From positions 162,936-226,935 of the forward strand of contig JANLIT010000003.1 of NCBI GenBank assembly GCA_024653945.1: DNA of 64,000 nucleotides, read 5' to 3'. The notes under the pieces were generated by a model. It saw only the letters and a list, made by a program, of their open reading frames with translations. It did no database searches and was not told where the DNA came from. The stretch comes from Candidatus Campbellbacteria bacterium (GTDB lineage: Bacteria; Patescibacteriota; Minisyncoccia; Phycocordibacterales; EsbW-18). The number at the start of each line of letters is the position of its first letter. The stretch's first letter is position 1. This document shows positions 8,434 to 19,385 of this stretch, one piece after another. A program made the translations under genes and the position numbers.

Positions 8434-8886
8434 ATGTCGCTACACACAACTATAAAAGAAGGTATCAAGGACGCCATGCGCGCAAAAGACGCTGTTCGGC
8501 TCTCTGTATTGCGCGGGCTTCTTGCTGCATTTGTTAACGAGCTGGTCGTTATGAAGGAAAAACCAGATGGGGAGCTTTCTGATGACGTCGCTCTTACGGT
8601 GATTTCTCGAGAAGCAAAGAAGCATAAAGAGTCTATTTCTCAATTTGACGCCGCTGGACGAACAGATTTGTCCGAGGGCGAAAAGGCAGAGCTGGCTATT
8701 ATTGAAACATTTCTCCCTGCACAAATGAGCCGTGAAGAAATTGTGGCTGTTGTACAGAAGAAAAAAGAAGAACTTAATGCTGATGCATCACAAAAAGGTG
8801 TGTTCATTGGCGCTGTAATGAAAGAGCTCAAAGGAAAAGCTGACGGCAAAATTGTGCAAGAAGTGGTGAATGAAATACTGAAGTAG
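8434..8886 (+). CDS. GatB/YqeY domain protein
   Basis: 150 aa from ATG 8434 (upstream GTG at 8356 less likely); typical YqeY sequence ..EGIKDAMRAKDAVRLSVLRGLLAA.. Confidence 0.8.
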   Translation: MSLHTTIKEGIKDAMRAKDAVRLSVLRGLLAAFVNELVVMKEKPDGELSDDVALTVISREAKKHKESISQFDAAGRTDLSEGEKAELAIIETFLPAQMSREEIVAVVQKKKEELNADASQKGVFIGAVMKELKGKADGKIVQEVVNEILK

Positions 8887-8917
8887 ATACTAGAGATTGG
8901 AAACTAGATACTAGAAA

Positions 8918-8945
8918 ACCGCGCGAAGTATCGCGCGGTTTTTGT
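8918..8945 (+). terminator. rho-independent terminator (convergent intergenic region), flanked by ~33-bp inverted repeats 8882..8915 / 8957..8990
   Basis: Hairpin accgcgcga agta tcgcgcggt + TTTTTG; flanks gtagatactagagattggaaactagatactaga / reverse complement of tccagtatccaatatctagtctccagtatctac. Confidence 0.7.
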
Positions 8946-9173
8946 ATTTTTTAAATTTCCAGTATCCAATATCTAGTCTCCAGTATCTACCCACCTAGCA
9001 CTCCTCTCCTGTATTTGTAATACATGTACTGAATGGGATATCCGTTTCTGCATAGCGTGGAAATAATTGCATAAAATAATTCACCACGAAAAGAACCACA
9101 AAACTAAACAAGAGAACCATAACAAAACCAAACATGAAGTGAAAAAAACTGTGATTAAAGAGATTCTTCATAC

Positions 9174-11207
9174 TTAGAGGTTCTTCAATTTAAGAACAGA
9201 AATGACTGGAAATTGTTTTGCCTGTTTTTCAATGTAGTCCGCTACTTCTTGAGAAAAGACTATATCTGGATTTGTACCAAGACTTTCCTTCATAATCAAT
9301 CGTGCGCCAACAATATCACCGGCATATAGCGTCACGAGCGCATCCATAACGGGTGTGAGTGGATTTCCCGGAGAAAGCGGTCGTGCCATTTCCACTTCCT
9401 GCCGCGCTTCTTCAAGACGATTTTTTCCATACACCGTCTCAACCATAAGCAGGTAGGCATAACTCATGTGTGCGCGGTAATCAGTGGGCATAATTTCAAG
9501 ATATGTCTTATATACGACACCATACGCATCCAGTTGTTTAAGAACCACACCAAGAACCTCGCCTTGTTTTTCTAGAGCAGTTTTCGGAATAAAATCGAAT
9601 GACCCACTAATAAGCGAGGCAGACGCAAGGCGCATTGCTTCAAAATTAGACCTTCGCGAAAGTGCTTTTTCAATATGCTCAATTTGCGTGGCGGTATCTT
9701 TTGCGTCAAATATCTGGAAGAGCGCCTTTTGACGCCCATACTCTTTTCCTACAAGAACCCAGAAACCAAAAATACCCGCGAGCATAAGTGCCACACCAAT
9801 ACTTTTACTTAAAAGAGCGTACTTTTCGGGAACATTTTTTGACGGTTGTGGTAATGCAACCGTTTCTTTTTCAAGCCAGAGGCCATACCCGAGAAGAATT
9901 CCCAGAATGGTGTATGTGCTGACGGTATCAAACGCCGTCTGAAGCTGGAGAAAATGTGCAAATGGAAGAATGGCTAGTAGACATGCTTCCCCATATCCAA
10001 TCAAACCCACACGATGCGCACAAAATATCGTTCTCAAGAAGAACCCCACAAGAAGAAGTATGCTAAGTGCGCCAAGAATACCAACTGTCACAAGTGTATC
10101 AACAACAACGTTGTGTGCGCGGTCAAACCACACCTCTCCGAGGTTCTCTTTACTATAGAGCCGGCTATCAAAATATTGTTCGTGTGCAAAACGGAAGTTT
10201 TCAGGACCCCACCCAAGAAGAGGCCGCTCCGCAAATGCACGGAATCCTTCCTCCCACACAATAATACGTGCAGCGGAAGATTGTTCAACATATTTCTCTT
10301 GCACAATACTCCCCGGAACAAAAAGAAGACCGATGGCACTAAAGACTCCAACAAAAATAAGAGCGCTCCATACCCACGATGCACGTGCTTTATACGACAC
10401 AGTGACAAAACGATGGATCAGCATAAGACCCACACAGCACAACACAACGAGAAACATGGTGACACTTGATGCACGAGCGGCGCCAAGTATATTTACAGGA
10501 TCTGACAGCAAACCGGAAACACCCTGCAATCCTCTCCATATGCGTTCCCCAAAAAGAAGCGGGGAAAGCATCTGTACTACCACAAGCGTTCCAAAAACAT
10601 AACGTGCTCGTGACCTTTTTTCAGACCTCGTCCACTCAATTGCCGTAACCAAAAGAGCAATAAGTAAATACGCGCCAGCAAATGTTGTGTTTGTAAATGT
10701 GAGTCCTTGTATTTCAAAATTGATTGTAAATAAACGTCCAATCACACCCAAACCATTTGCACTAAAATACGTAAGGAGAGCAAAGAGTCCGCTTGAAACA
10801 GCAATTGTTCGACGAACCATACTCCAATCACGAACAGTTAACATTTCACTCGCACAAAACGCAAAAAGAGCAACAAATGAGAGAAAGAACAAACCTGAGG
10901 AACGAAGGATGTCAGACCATAAAGAGGCTTCTGGAAAAACTCCAAAAAATACTGAGAGATAAAAAAACACTACAGTTACAAAAAGTGCTCCAAGAAGCCA
11001 ACGTTTTTGTAAGAGAATGGTGTGTTTTTTCAAAACCAGCAGATATGCAGAAAGAAAGAAAATCACAGAAAACACAAAATCAACGAAGAAAAATTTTGCA
11101 TTTGTCCCACCATACACAAGGTGGCGAGAGACAACAAAAGGAAAAACAAGTATACATAGCGTGGTTATAATTCCCATGAGGCTCATTTTTTGTTGAACAT
11201 TTTTCAC
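9174..11207 (-). CDS. O-antigen ligase/polymerase (Wzy_C) family membrane protein with C-terminal TPR-like region
   Basis: 677 aa polytopic membrane protein; Wzy_C-like loop region (..GWGPENFRFAHEQYF..), C-terminal soluble helical repeats. Confidence 0.55.
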   Translation of the reverse strand: MKNVQQKMSLMGIITTLCILVFPFVVSRHLVYGGTNAKFFFVDFVFSVIFFLSAYLLVLKKHTILLQKRWLLGALFVTVVFFYLSVFFGVFPEASLWSDILRSSGLFFLSFVALFAFCASEMLTVRDWSMVRRTIAVSSGLFALLTYFSANGLGVIGRLFTINFEIQGLTFTNTTFAGAYLLIALLVTAIEWTRSEKRSRARYVFGTLVVVQMLSPLLFGERIWRGLQGVSGLLSDPVNILGAARASSVTMFLVVLCCVGLMLIHRFVTVSYKARASWVWSALIFVGVFSAIGLLFVPGSIVQEKYVEQSSAARIIVWEEGFRAFAERPLLGWGPENFRFAHEQYFDSRLYSKENLGEVWFDRAHNVVVDTLVTVGILGALSILLLVGFFLRTIFCAHRVGLIGYGEACLLAILPFAHFLQLQTAFDTVSTYTILGILLGYGLWLEKETVALPQPSKNVPEKYALLSKSIGVALMLAGIFGFWVLVGKEYGRQKALFQIFDAKDTATQIEHIEKALSRRSNFEAMRLASASLISGSFDFIPKTALEKQGEVLGVVLKQLDAYGVVYKTYLEIMPTDYRAHMSYAYLLMVETVYGKNRLEEARQEVEMARPLSPGNPLTPVMDALVTLYAGDIVGARLIMKESLGTNPDIVFSQEVADYIEKQAKQFPVISVLKLKNL

Positions 11208-11320
11208 AGGAATATGTTATCACACCAGCACAAAAACCGCCCCTAGACCGAGCGGTTTTTGTTTACATGCAGTAAGTGTGTGGCTTTTCAAACTTTTTTA
11301 ACTCACTCAATACAAAAACC

Positions 11321-11343
11321 GCCCCGAGGGGCGGTTTTTGCTA
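11321..11343 (-). terminator. rho-independent terminator for 11376..13394 (palindromic, usable on either strand)
   Basis: aaaaaccgccccgaggggcggtttttg. Confidence 0.7.
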
Positions 11344-11375
11344 TCTACTCTAACTACACGCTAGCAAAAGCTAGA

Positions 11376-13394
11376 TTAGTTGAGAGATACTGGAGTTGTC
11401 TTGAAGTCGTCAAGGTCAAACGTATATGTGTTTGCCTTAGCATCTCCAGTGTCAACGTCCCAACCAATTGCCTTAAGAAGCACTTGGAAGATACCTGCGT
11501 CTCCAACGTCATCGTTGGTTCGAGCAACAGTGAGTGTAAATTCAGTGTACTCACTGTCTGCTAGCTCAACATCGCCGGTTGCGTCAGTACCACCACCTGT
11601 TGTAGAGAAGGTAACGAGGTCTGAAGCATCATCAACAGTTGCTGTGCCACCCAATGTAATGTTGTAGAGGGTTGCGCCAGTTGCATCTGTTTGTGATCCA
11701 AGGATAGTTGTGCCAATCGTTGGTGCTGCAGTTGCTGAAACAAAAACTGTTCCATCAAATGCTTCAACGCGGTACTTCAATGTGAATGTACCAACATCGT
11801 TGTTTGCACCTGTGCTTTCACTAATATCTTCGTCTGCTGAAACAAAGGTAACAATGATACCGATATCGCGAACTTCTGACGCTGTTCCTGCAACCGTACC
11901 TGTCTTGTCACCGTTTATCAAGTCCTCACCTGACTCATCTTCAGCGTCAAAGCTAGCAAGTTCAGTTTGTGTCTCACCAAATGTGGCAAGAACGGTGTCA
12001 CCTGCTGCTAGGTCACCAGTGTCGGTGATACCAAAGAAGTCTGCTTGAACGAGGAATTCGTAGTCCTGACCTGCATCAAGTGTGAGGTCAAGATTGTCGA
12101 AGAGATAGGTTTCAGCTGTACCTACAGCCACACAGTCTGCGTCTTCACCAGTAGCTGCGTTACAGTCATCAGCCATAGATGCTGTTCCGACTTCTTCTCC
12201 GTCCATCAAGAGTGTAAGACCGGAGATCATTTCGTCAACGTTGTCTTGGGCTCCTCCCACTGCAATGTTAACAGGAATCGCATCAAGTACGACGTCTGAA
12301 TCTCCTTCTATCTCTACGTTGAATGAGAGAATGTCCTCATTGTCTGTTGAGTCAGTAGCGTGCACGTTAATAATGTGCGCGTCATTGACAGTGTTTTCAT
12401 CCGCACCATCAGAAATCTTAAATTCTGTGCTTGCTGCTGCAGCGAACAACTCAAATGAGAAAGTCGTTACAGCCATACCTGGGTCTTCAGAAATAAGAGA
12501 ACCATCCGCATCCTCAAAGCGAATTTGGCGGAAATCAACGTTCCACTCATCGCCGTCGTCGGCTGTGTCAAGGTTACTTACTCCTGAAAGAGCTACTGTG
12601 AGCTCTCCTGTTTCATCTGCGAGGATGATTGCACCATCGTCAAGTGAAACGGTCTTTGTCCAGTCGTTGTCGTCGTTAAACGCATCTGCGTCAACACGTC
12701 CAACTTCTTCACCGTCAAGCCAGATTGAGACCTCGTTTGCGTAATCCTCAAAGTCACCTGTAGCTCCCGTACCTTCATTGAAGACGAGGCGAACTGCTGT
12801 AAATGCGAGGTCTGACCCTTCGTCAACCTCCATTTCAAGTCCAGCAACTTCTACGTCCTCTTCATCTTCTCCAACTTCTTCGTTGGAAAGACTTGACATG
12901 AGGTTATAGTCAGCGACTGAACCTGCGCCACCTTCAAGCACGTTGCTTGATGTGTCATCGTCATCATCATCATCGTCACCTGCTGGAGGTAGTGGTGCGC
13001 CACAAACTGATGCGTATTTTGCTCGAGAAATCGCACCGAAGTATCCAGCTGCTGGCATAACACCATTAGCTGTTTGCCATGAAGCAACCGCTGCCTTTGT
13101 AATAGGACCAAAGAATCCTGTTGGAGCAACTGCGAACATGCCCTTTTCTGCAAGATAGCTTTGGAGAGCTGAGACGTCAGCACCCGAAACGCCATCTGTA
13201 AGATCGCGTGTGAACGCGTAACATCCGATGCTACTTGACGCACCACCCTGTAATTGAGCGATTTGTGCAAGAAGCGCTGTAATCTGCGCCTGGAGTTCGT
13301 CTGCTGTTGCTGCTTGTGCCTTAGGAGCAAATCCTCCGGCAACCAATGCAACTACAGCGAGAAGTCCCACCAAGCTGAGTTTTTTAAATAACAT
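11376..13394 (-). CDS. secreted acidic Thr/Asp/Gly-rich surface protein with N-terminal peptidoglycan-binding (PG_binding_1-like) domain
   Basis: 672 aa; signal/TM anchor, ..GADVSALQSYLAEKG..GFFGPITKAAVASWQ.. PG-binding-like segment, poly-Asp linker (DDDDDDDD), long low-complexity acidic domain. Confidence 0.55.
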   Translation of the reverse strand: MLFKKLSLVGLLAVVALVAGGFAPKAQAATADELQAQITALLAQIAQLQGGASSSIGCYAFTRDLTDGVSGADVSALQSYLAEKGMFAVAPTGFFGPITKAAVASWQTANGVMPAAGYFGAISRAKYASVCGAPLPPAGDDDDDDDDTSSNVLEGGAGSVADYNLMSSLSNEEVGEDEEDVEVAGLEMEVDEGSDLAFTAVRLVFNEGTGATGDFEDYANEVSIWLDGEEVGRVDADAFNDDNDWTKTVSLDDGAIILADETGELTVALSGVSNLDTADDGDEWNVDFRQIRFEDADGSLISEDPGMAVTTFSFELFAAAASTEFKISDGADENTVNDAHIINVHATDSTDNEDILSFNVEIEGDSDVVLDAIPVNIAVGGAQDNVDEMISGLTLLMDGEEVGTASMADDCNAATGEDADCVAVGTAETYLFDNLDLTLDAGQDYEFLVQADFFGITDTGDLAAGDTVLATFGETQTELASFDAEDESGEDLINGDKTGTVAGTASEVRDIGIIVTFVSADEDISESTGANNDVGTFTLKYRVEAFDGTVFVSATAAPTIGTTILGSQTDATGATLYNITLGGTATVDDASDLVTFSTTGGGTDATGDVELADSEYTEFTLTVARTNDDVGDAGIFQVLLKAIGWDVDTGDAKANTYTFDLDDFKTTPVSLN

Positions 13395-13891
13395 ATCTAA
13401 TTCATTTTCTCTCGTTAGAGAGTAATTGATAATCTACTAATAAATGCTTATAACGTTTAACTAACTCCTTCACTCACAACGCCCCACATGGGTGCTGTGC
13501 TTAAAGGGTAGCTCACAAGAAGTAGGGGCCGGCTCACGGCTAGTGTCTTACAAAGCGCGTCATTCATTCTGAAAAAGCGTACTGAAATTGTGTGATTTCT
13601 GGGTTATGAAATTGTTAAGGAACAATCGTTCTGAAATAACATCCGCCACTGCAATACACCATTATATGTTCACAAGCGTACACTACCAAAGTACTTTGTG
13701 GATAACGCAAAATTCTTTGTTGTAGTTGTACCCTTATATTCCCAATTAACGGCTCGTCCACTATACCACGAAACACCTTTCTTTACCAAGTGTTTTGGCA
13801 CACCCGTGGTCTGATGTGAGTATACACGAAAAATGGCCTGAAGTTACATGTTTGGGGGTGTGTTTAGAGGCCTAGAACAGGCTTCTGTAAT

Positions 13892-14671
13892 TTAGGCCTC
13901 GTGGACAAAATACGTTGTCCACCGGCGTTCTCCACGTTTCTCAAGAAGTCCTTGAGATACAAGATCAATGAGATCGCGCTGGATAGTTTTTTCACTGCAG
14001 TTAGGAATGTGCTTAGAAATGTCCTTTATCATTACATTTCCTTTTTCTCGCACAACAGAGAGAATCTTGTCCCTTCTTTCATTAACACCTGACTCACCTT
14101 TTATTGAATGCTGTTTCTTTTTAAAGACATTTTTTACATGCTTTTCTTGATATCCTTGATTAACAACATGTCCTTTATACATAGCTGGCAGAGGTTTGAT
14201 TGTAAGTCCACCAGAAAAAAGTGATTCCAGTGAGGAGCTGTGGATATCTGATATCTTTGCATATGTATCAAAAGCAACAATAAGAGACCGGAGCTCTCGT
14301 ATAAGGATATCCCCATTCATGGGTGAGATGACACCGGAGGAAGAACCAACCTCTATTAAAGACACTGCCTCTTTGGTGGCGCCCATGACGTCAAGGGAAG
14401 ATACGTTCGTCTTTTTGTCGTTGAGATTTGAGTATGAAGAGATAAAAGACATTATATCAAGAGCTTTTAACCTGAGGCGATTTCTGAGCGGGTCCTGAGT
14501 GTCCATGAGACCTGTTACAAGATATATGGCTGTTACTATCTTTTGTGAGTAGGAAGAGATTTCGTCATGAATTCCATTTTTAGGTACAACAGGAAATACT
14601 TCCGTTGAAATGTCCTTTTTGTTGTCCTTTTGATGAAACATATGTCTTTTATTCAATGACGTAAGAGACAT
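13892..14671 (-). CDS. hypothetical protein with C-terminal DeoR/winged-helix HTH
   Basis: 259 aa; C-terminal ..RRDKILSVVREKGNVMIKDISKHIPNCSEKTIQRDLIDLVSQGLLEK.. is a typical wHTH. Confidence 0.5.
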   Translation of the reverse strand: MSLTSLNKRHMFHQKDNKKDISTEVFPVVPKNGIHDEISSYSQKIVTAIYLVTGLMDTQDPLRNRLRLKALDIMSFISSYSNLNDKKTNVSSLDVMGATKEAVSLIEVGSSSGVISPMNGDILIRELRSLIVAFDTYAKISDIHSSSLESLFSGGLTIKPLPAMYKGHVVNQGYQEKHVKNVFKKKQHSIKGESGVNERRDKILSVVREKGNVMIKDISKHIPNCSEKTIQRDLIDLVSQGLLEKRGERRWTTYFVHEA

Positions 14672-14770
14672 TCAGAATAATACTCCACCTTGTTTAAAAG
14701 ACAAGAAGGTCAGGGACAAAACATGTAGCATGAAACATGTAACAAAACCTGACAAGATACGGGGCATACG

Positions 14771-14896
14771 GAGCGAGCCCCGCCCTATACACAAACCCCT
14801 CGCCTGCCTGCCGGCAGGCAGGGAGCCCGTGAGGGCGAGAGCGAGTGCGTCCGCCTTAGGCGGGCGACACGTGTTTGTGGGAGGGCGGGGCGAGCG
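14771..14896. other. GC-rich, highly structured ~125-nt element upstream of ftsK (candidate small structured RNA)
   Basis: Local GC ~70% against ~43% genome; long-range pairing ccccgccct..acaaac / gtttgtgg..agggcgggg enclosing hairpins ctgcctg-ccgg-caggcag and gtccgcc-tta-ggcgggc. Confidence 0.3.
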
Positions 14897-14971
14897 TAAA
14901 GTTATCCACAGGCACTTTTTGCACCCGATCAACACCAGCAACACCGCCGTGGCGTGGTACAATTCGCTTAT

Positions 14972-17170
14972 ATGTCAAAGAAAAAAAGAGCAGAAAAGAA
15001 GGGGCCCTTCTTCAAACTTGGTCTTCAGGAGGAGACGAGGTATGCGGTACTGTCTGTCATTTTTTGTGTTTTCGGTGTATTCCTTTTACTCTCCGCATTT
15101 ACGAAGGCAGGTATCGTTGGGGAAAAAGTATTTTCACTTTTTTCAGGCCTCCTTGGTGTTGGCTACTATCTCCTCCCCACCCTCTCCTTTATTCTTGCAA
15201 TTGGCTATTTCAAAACAGAAAAAGCAAATATTGCATTGACCAACATCATTGGCTCGCTCTTCTTTGTTGCATCGGGCCTCGGCGTTATTGAACTACTTTT
15301 TCCACAAAGTGCCGGATATCTTGGTATATGGATTGCACACCCACTCGTGTACTTGTTTGCGACATCGGGAGCAATAGTGGTCCTTGTTGCCCTCTTCTTC
15401 ATTTCAATTTTAGTGCTTTCAAACACACACCCACTCTCTGTCATTAATGCGTGGAAGAGACGCCGAGATGAAAAGTTGGCAGCGATCGCGCTCGCACAGA
15501 CCGATGTGAATGCGTCTGTAGCTGCAGTTGAAGAAAAACAATCTCACGAGAAACTGGAGGTAGCATCCCAAGGAGATACATCAAATACATCTGGTGAGAA
15601 AAAGGAGGGAGGCCTCTTCTCATTTACAAAAAAGAAAGCGGATGGCGAGCCCGAGTTCTCACCCATATTTGCCACAATGGCAGGAGCGTATATCCCTCCC
15701 CCACTTTCTATCTTCTCTAAAGATTCTGGAAAGCCCGGTGTTGGTGACATCAAGGCAAATGCAAACATCATCAAACGCACGTTACAAAACTTTGGCATCG
15801 ATGTTGCGATGGATGAAATTTCTATTGGACCATCGGTTACTCGATACGCAATGAAACCTGCGGAAGGTGTGCGTCTATCAAAAATTCTTGGACTTCAAAA
15901 AAATCTTGAACTTGCACTTGCGGCGCACCCCGTTCGCATTGAAGCGCCGATTCCCGGAAAGGCACTCGTTGGTATTGAGGTGCCTAATTCTGCAAAGACG
16001 ACCGTTGGTCTTGGAAATCTTCTCTCAACTGAAGAGTACACATCATCTGAACATCGACTCTTTATGACACTTGGTCGTGATGTGGATGGTAAGGCAATCT
16101 TTGCAAACCTCGCCAAAATGCCACACATACTTATCGCAGGTACCACAGGTTCGGGAAAATCAGTCACCATTCACGCGCTCATCAATTCCCTCCTGTTCCG
16201 CAACGGGCCAAATGTCATGCGTTTTGTGATGATTGACCCAAAACGTGTGGAATTAACGATGTACAACGGCATTCCGCACCTCCTCACCCCTGTTATTACT
16301 GACCCGAAAAAAGCTATTCTTGGACTCAAATGGCTTGTGAAAGAAATGGAGCGCCGCTACAACGTTTTGGAAGAGTCAAGGGTGCGCGACATCGCCTCGT
16401 ATCACAGCACCATTCTCTCTCCTGCCCTTGAAAGATTTAAAGGTGCCAATGAAGAACTTTCTATTGATATGCCCGAGACGATGCCGTATATCATTGTGGT
16501 TATGGATGAACTCGCCGACATTATGAGCACCTATCCACGTGAGCTTGAGGCCGGTATTGTTCGTCTTGCTCAAATGTCACGCGCTGTGGGTATTCACCTT
16601 ATCGTTTCAACACAGCGACCATCGGTAAATGTCATCACAGGACTCATCAAGGCAAATATCCCTGCACGTATTGCCATGCAAGTATCTTCACAGATTGATT
16701 CGCGAACCATCCTTGATACGTCGGGCGCCGAAAAACTTCTCGGTGCTGGAGACATGCTCTTTATGTCTGGAGATATGGGTAAACCAAAACGTATTCAGTC
16801 CGCATTCATTTCAGAGGATGAGGTAAAGGCCGTGACTGAATTTTTGAGAAAACATGACAACGGAGATACGGACACAGAGCTCTCGCTTGACCTCAACGCT
16901 CCGACTACATCGGGAAGTGGCGAGTTTGGTGATGAGGATGAAATAGATGATGACCTCTTTGAGGATGCGCGCGAAACGGTTGTGCAGGCAGGAAAAGCAT
17001 CAACATCATACTTGCAACGAAAATTGCGCATTGGATATTCTCGTGCGGCTCGTTTAATGGATGTGTTGGAAGAACGCGGAGTTATTGGGCCAGCAGACGG
17101 TTCTAAGCCACGCGGTGTACTTGTTGGGAAACTAGGTAGCGAAACAGATTCTAATGAGAGTAATGAATAG
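14972..17170 (+). CDS. ftsK: DNA translocase FtsK/SpoIIIE
   Basis: N-terminal 4-5 TM, linker, FtsK motor with Walker A GTTGSGKS, C-terminal gamma (wHTH) domain; ATG 14972 preferred over upstream GTG 14954. Confidence 0.9.
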   Translation: MSKKKRAEKKGPFFKLGLQEETRYAVLSVIFCVFGVFLLLSAFTKAGIVGEKVFSLFSGLLGVGYYLLPTLSFILAIGYFKTEKANIALTNIIGSLFFVASGLGVIELLFPQSAGYLGIWIAHPLVYLFATSGAIVVLVALFFISILVLSNTHPLSVINAWKRRRDEKLAAIALAQTDVNASVAAVEEKQSHEKLEVASQGDTSNTSGEKKEGGLFSFTKKKADGEPEFSPIFATMAGAYIPPPLSIFSKDSGKPGVGDIKANANIIKRTLQNFGIDVAMDEISIGPSVTRYAMKPAEGVRLSKILGLQKNLELALAAHPVRIEAPIPGKALVGIEVPNSAKTTVGLGNLLSTEEYTSSEHRLFMTLGRDVDGKAIFANLAKMPHILIAGTTGSGKSVTIHALINSLLFRNGPNVMRFVMIDPKRVELTMYNGIPHLLTPVITDPKKAILGLKWLVKEMERRYNVLEESRVRDIASYHSTILSPALERFKGANEELSIDMPETMPYIIVVMDELADIMSTYPRELEAGIVRLAQMSRAVGIHLIVSTQRPSVNVITGLIKANIPARIAMQVSSQIDSRTILDTSGAEKLLGAGDMLFMSGDMGKPKRIQSAFISEDEVKAVTEFLRKHDNGDTDTELSLDLNAPTTSGSGEFGDEDEIDDDLFEDARETVVQAGKASTSYLQRKLRIGYSRAARLMDVLEERGVIGPADGSKPRGVLVGKLGSETDSNESNE

Positions 17171-17173
17171 ATC

Positions 17174-17641
17174 ATGCTCTTGAGACGAACACGAACATAT
17201 GGTTTTGTCTTACTGGTGGTCGCTCTTTTGGTGTCGTATGCGTACTATGAATCGCGTGCGTACATTCATGGACCACAATTAATTATTACGGCGCCTATTG
17301 ACGGATTTTCTGTGAAAACGGAAATGCTTACCATTGAAGGAACTGCTACCAACATCACCGCCATAACCCTCAACGACAGACCTATTTTTGTTGACGAGAC
17401 AGGACATTTTAAGGAAGACGTTTTGCTCATGTCGGGATATAATGTGCTCACACTTGCTGTTACCGACCGGTATGAAAGAAAGAAAGTGCAGTATGTACGT
17501 GGTATATACACACCATCTCCCGAAAGCATGTTGGAGGTGGGGTCTAGTACACGTTCTTTGGAAGACGGTGGTACGAGAAGTGAGGAAGATAGTGTTGGAA
17601 CAAGTAGCACAACAACACTGGAAGCAAATACGACACTTTAG
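17174..17641 (+). CDS. hypothetical membrane-anchored protein
   Basis: 155 aa, single N-terminal TM, 4 bp downstream of ftsK. Confidence 0.45.
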   Translation: MLLRRTRTYGFVLLVVALLVSYAYYESRAYIHGPQLIITAPIDGFSVKTEMLTIEGTATNITAITLNDRPIFVDETGHFKEDVLLMSGYNVLTLAVTDRYERKKVQYVRGIYTPSPESMLEVGSSTRSLEDGGTRSEEDSVGTSSTTTLEANTTL

Positions 17642-17689
17642 AAAAATTTTATTACCAGCGAGTATACTAATGGCTCATTACACATATAT

Positions 17690-18721
17690 ATGGCATTCAA
17701 CAAAAAACCAAAAGCCCCAAAAGAACTGAAGAAAACCGTTGGACAAATTGAAGACGCACTTAAGCAAATCAAAACAAAATTTGGTGAGGATGCCATTATG
17801 ATGTTGGGTGCTCGACCACACGTTGATGTTGCGGCAATACCAACTGGATCGCTTTCCCTTGATGCGGCGCTCGGTATTGGTGGTATTCCACGCGGACGCA
17901 TTGTGGAAATTTATGGACCAGAGTCATCTGGAAAAACGACACTCGCACTCCATATCGTTGCTGAGGCACAAAAATTGGGCGGTGTGTGCGCCTATGTTGA
18001 TGCTGAACACGCCATGGACCCAGAATATTCAAAACGCCTCGGCGTTAAAATTGATGAACTTCTTATTTCTCAACCGGACTTCGGTGAGCAGGCACTTGAA
18101 ATCGTAGAGTCCCTCGTGCGCACAGGAAAAATTGATGTGATTGTTGTTGACTCTGTTGCGGCACTTACTCCAAAAGATGAAATTGAGGGCGAGATGGGGG
18201 CACAGCACGTTGGTAAGCAGGCACGCCTTATGAGTCAGGCACTGCGCAAACTCACAGGCATTGTTGCAAAGAGCAAGACGGTGGTTATCTTCATCAACCA
18301 AATCCGTATGAAAATTGGTGTCATGTTTGGTAATCCAGAAACTACCCCGGGAGGAAACGCGCTCAAATTCTATGCCTCAGTTCGTCTTGATGTTCGACGT
18401 ATTGCCCAAATTAAAAAAGGTGAGGATGTTGTTGGTGGTCGTGTGCGAGTGAAAGTGGTAAAAAATAAAGTTGCTGCACCATTTAGACAGGCGGAGTTTG
18501 ACCTTGTCTTTCCAAACGGTATTTCTCGCGAAGGTGAACTCATTGCACTTGGAGAAAAATACAAACTCATTGAAAAAAGTGGTGCATCGTATAAGTACGG
18601 CACCGTTGCTCTCGGACGCGGGTATGATGCAACACGACAGTTTCTTATTGAAAACAAGGATATCGCTAAAAAACTCACTAAAGAGATTATGGAGAAATTG
18701 AACGGTGTAGAGGAGGTTTAA
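17690..18721 (+). CDS. recA: recombinase RecA
   Basis: 343 aa; Walker [10 protein letters not shown], canonical RecA sequence throughout. Confidence 0.95.
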   Translation: MAFNKKPKAPKELKKTVGQIEDALKQIKTKFGEDAIMMLGARPHVDVAAIPTGSLSLDAALGIGGIPRGRIVEIYGPESSGKTTLALHIVAEAQKLGGVCAYVDAEHAMDPEYSKRLGVKIDELLISQPDFGEQALEIVESLVRTGKIDVIVVDSVAALTPKDEIEGEMGAQHVGKQARLMSQALRKLTGIVAKSKTVVIFINQIRMKIGVMFGNPETTPGGNALKFYASVRLDVRRIAQIKKGEDVVGGRVRVKVVKNKVAAPFRQAEFDLVFPNGISREGELIALGEKYKLIEKSGASYKYGTVALGRGYDATRQFLIENKDIAKKLTKEIMEKLNGVEEV

Positions 18722-18796
18722 ACTTGCCATTCTATCATTTTTTTGGTACGGTAGGGACGCCCACCCACGCTGAGGTGGGCGTTAACGTGAGATTTT

Positions 18797-19357
18797 ATGC
18801 TTACATACAACGAAATCCGCAACGGAAAGGTCATTCTTCTCAACAACGAGCCCTATATAGTGCTCGATTCGCACGTGTTTCGTAAACAACAACGAAAACC
18901 GGTTAATGCTACTAAACTGCGAAATCTCATCACGGGAAAAGTGACCGAGTACTCATTCCATGTATCAGAAAAAGCTGAGGAAGCTGAAATTGAAAGTCGA
19001 CCACTTATTTTTATTTACAACAGTAAGGGACAGTGGTGGTTTCACGCCGTCGGAAAACCAGCAGAGCGCATAACACTTGATGAAAACATACTTGGTGACC
19101 AGGGAAAATTTTTGAAAGAAAAAATGGAGATTGTTGGTTTATTTTTTGATGATAAGCCAATTGGTGTCAAACTTCCTATCAAAGTGCAATACAAGGTTGT
19201 TGAGGCACCTCCAAATATTCGAGGCAACACATCCCAAGGTGGCAACAAACTCGTCAAACTTGAAACGGGCGCAATGATTAACGTTCCCCTCTTTGTTGAA
19301 ATGGGAGATGTTATTGAAATCAACACGGAAACTGGCGAATACGTTTCTCGAGTGTAG
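18797..19357 (+). CDS. efp: elongation factor P
   Basis: 186 aa; typical EF-P N-terminal KOW-like and two OB domains. Confidence 0.9.
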   Translation: MLTYNEIRNGKVILLNNEPYIVLDSHVFRKQQRKPVNATKLRNLITGKVTEYSFHVSEKAEEAEIESRPLIFIYNSKGQWWFHAVGKPAERITLDENILGDQGKFLKEKMEIVGLFFDDKPIGVKLPIKVQYKVVEAPPNIRGNTSQGGNKLVKLETGAMINVPLFVEMGDVIEINTETGEYVSRV

Positions 19358-19385
19358 GGTATTAAAATATCAAATATCAAATATC

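Noticed and set aside
14771-14896. confident call as SRP (4.5S) RNA
   Set aside because: Only a loose resemblance of the apical hairpin (ccggcaggcagggagcc vs ccggaaggaagcagcc). The predicted three-hairpin topology and GGCA loop do not match the canonical single-hairpin SRP RNA. Left as an unassigned structured element.
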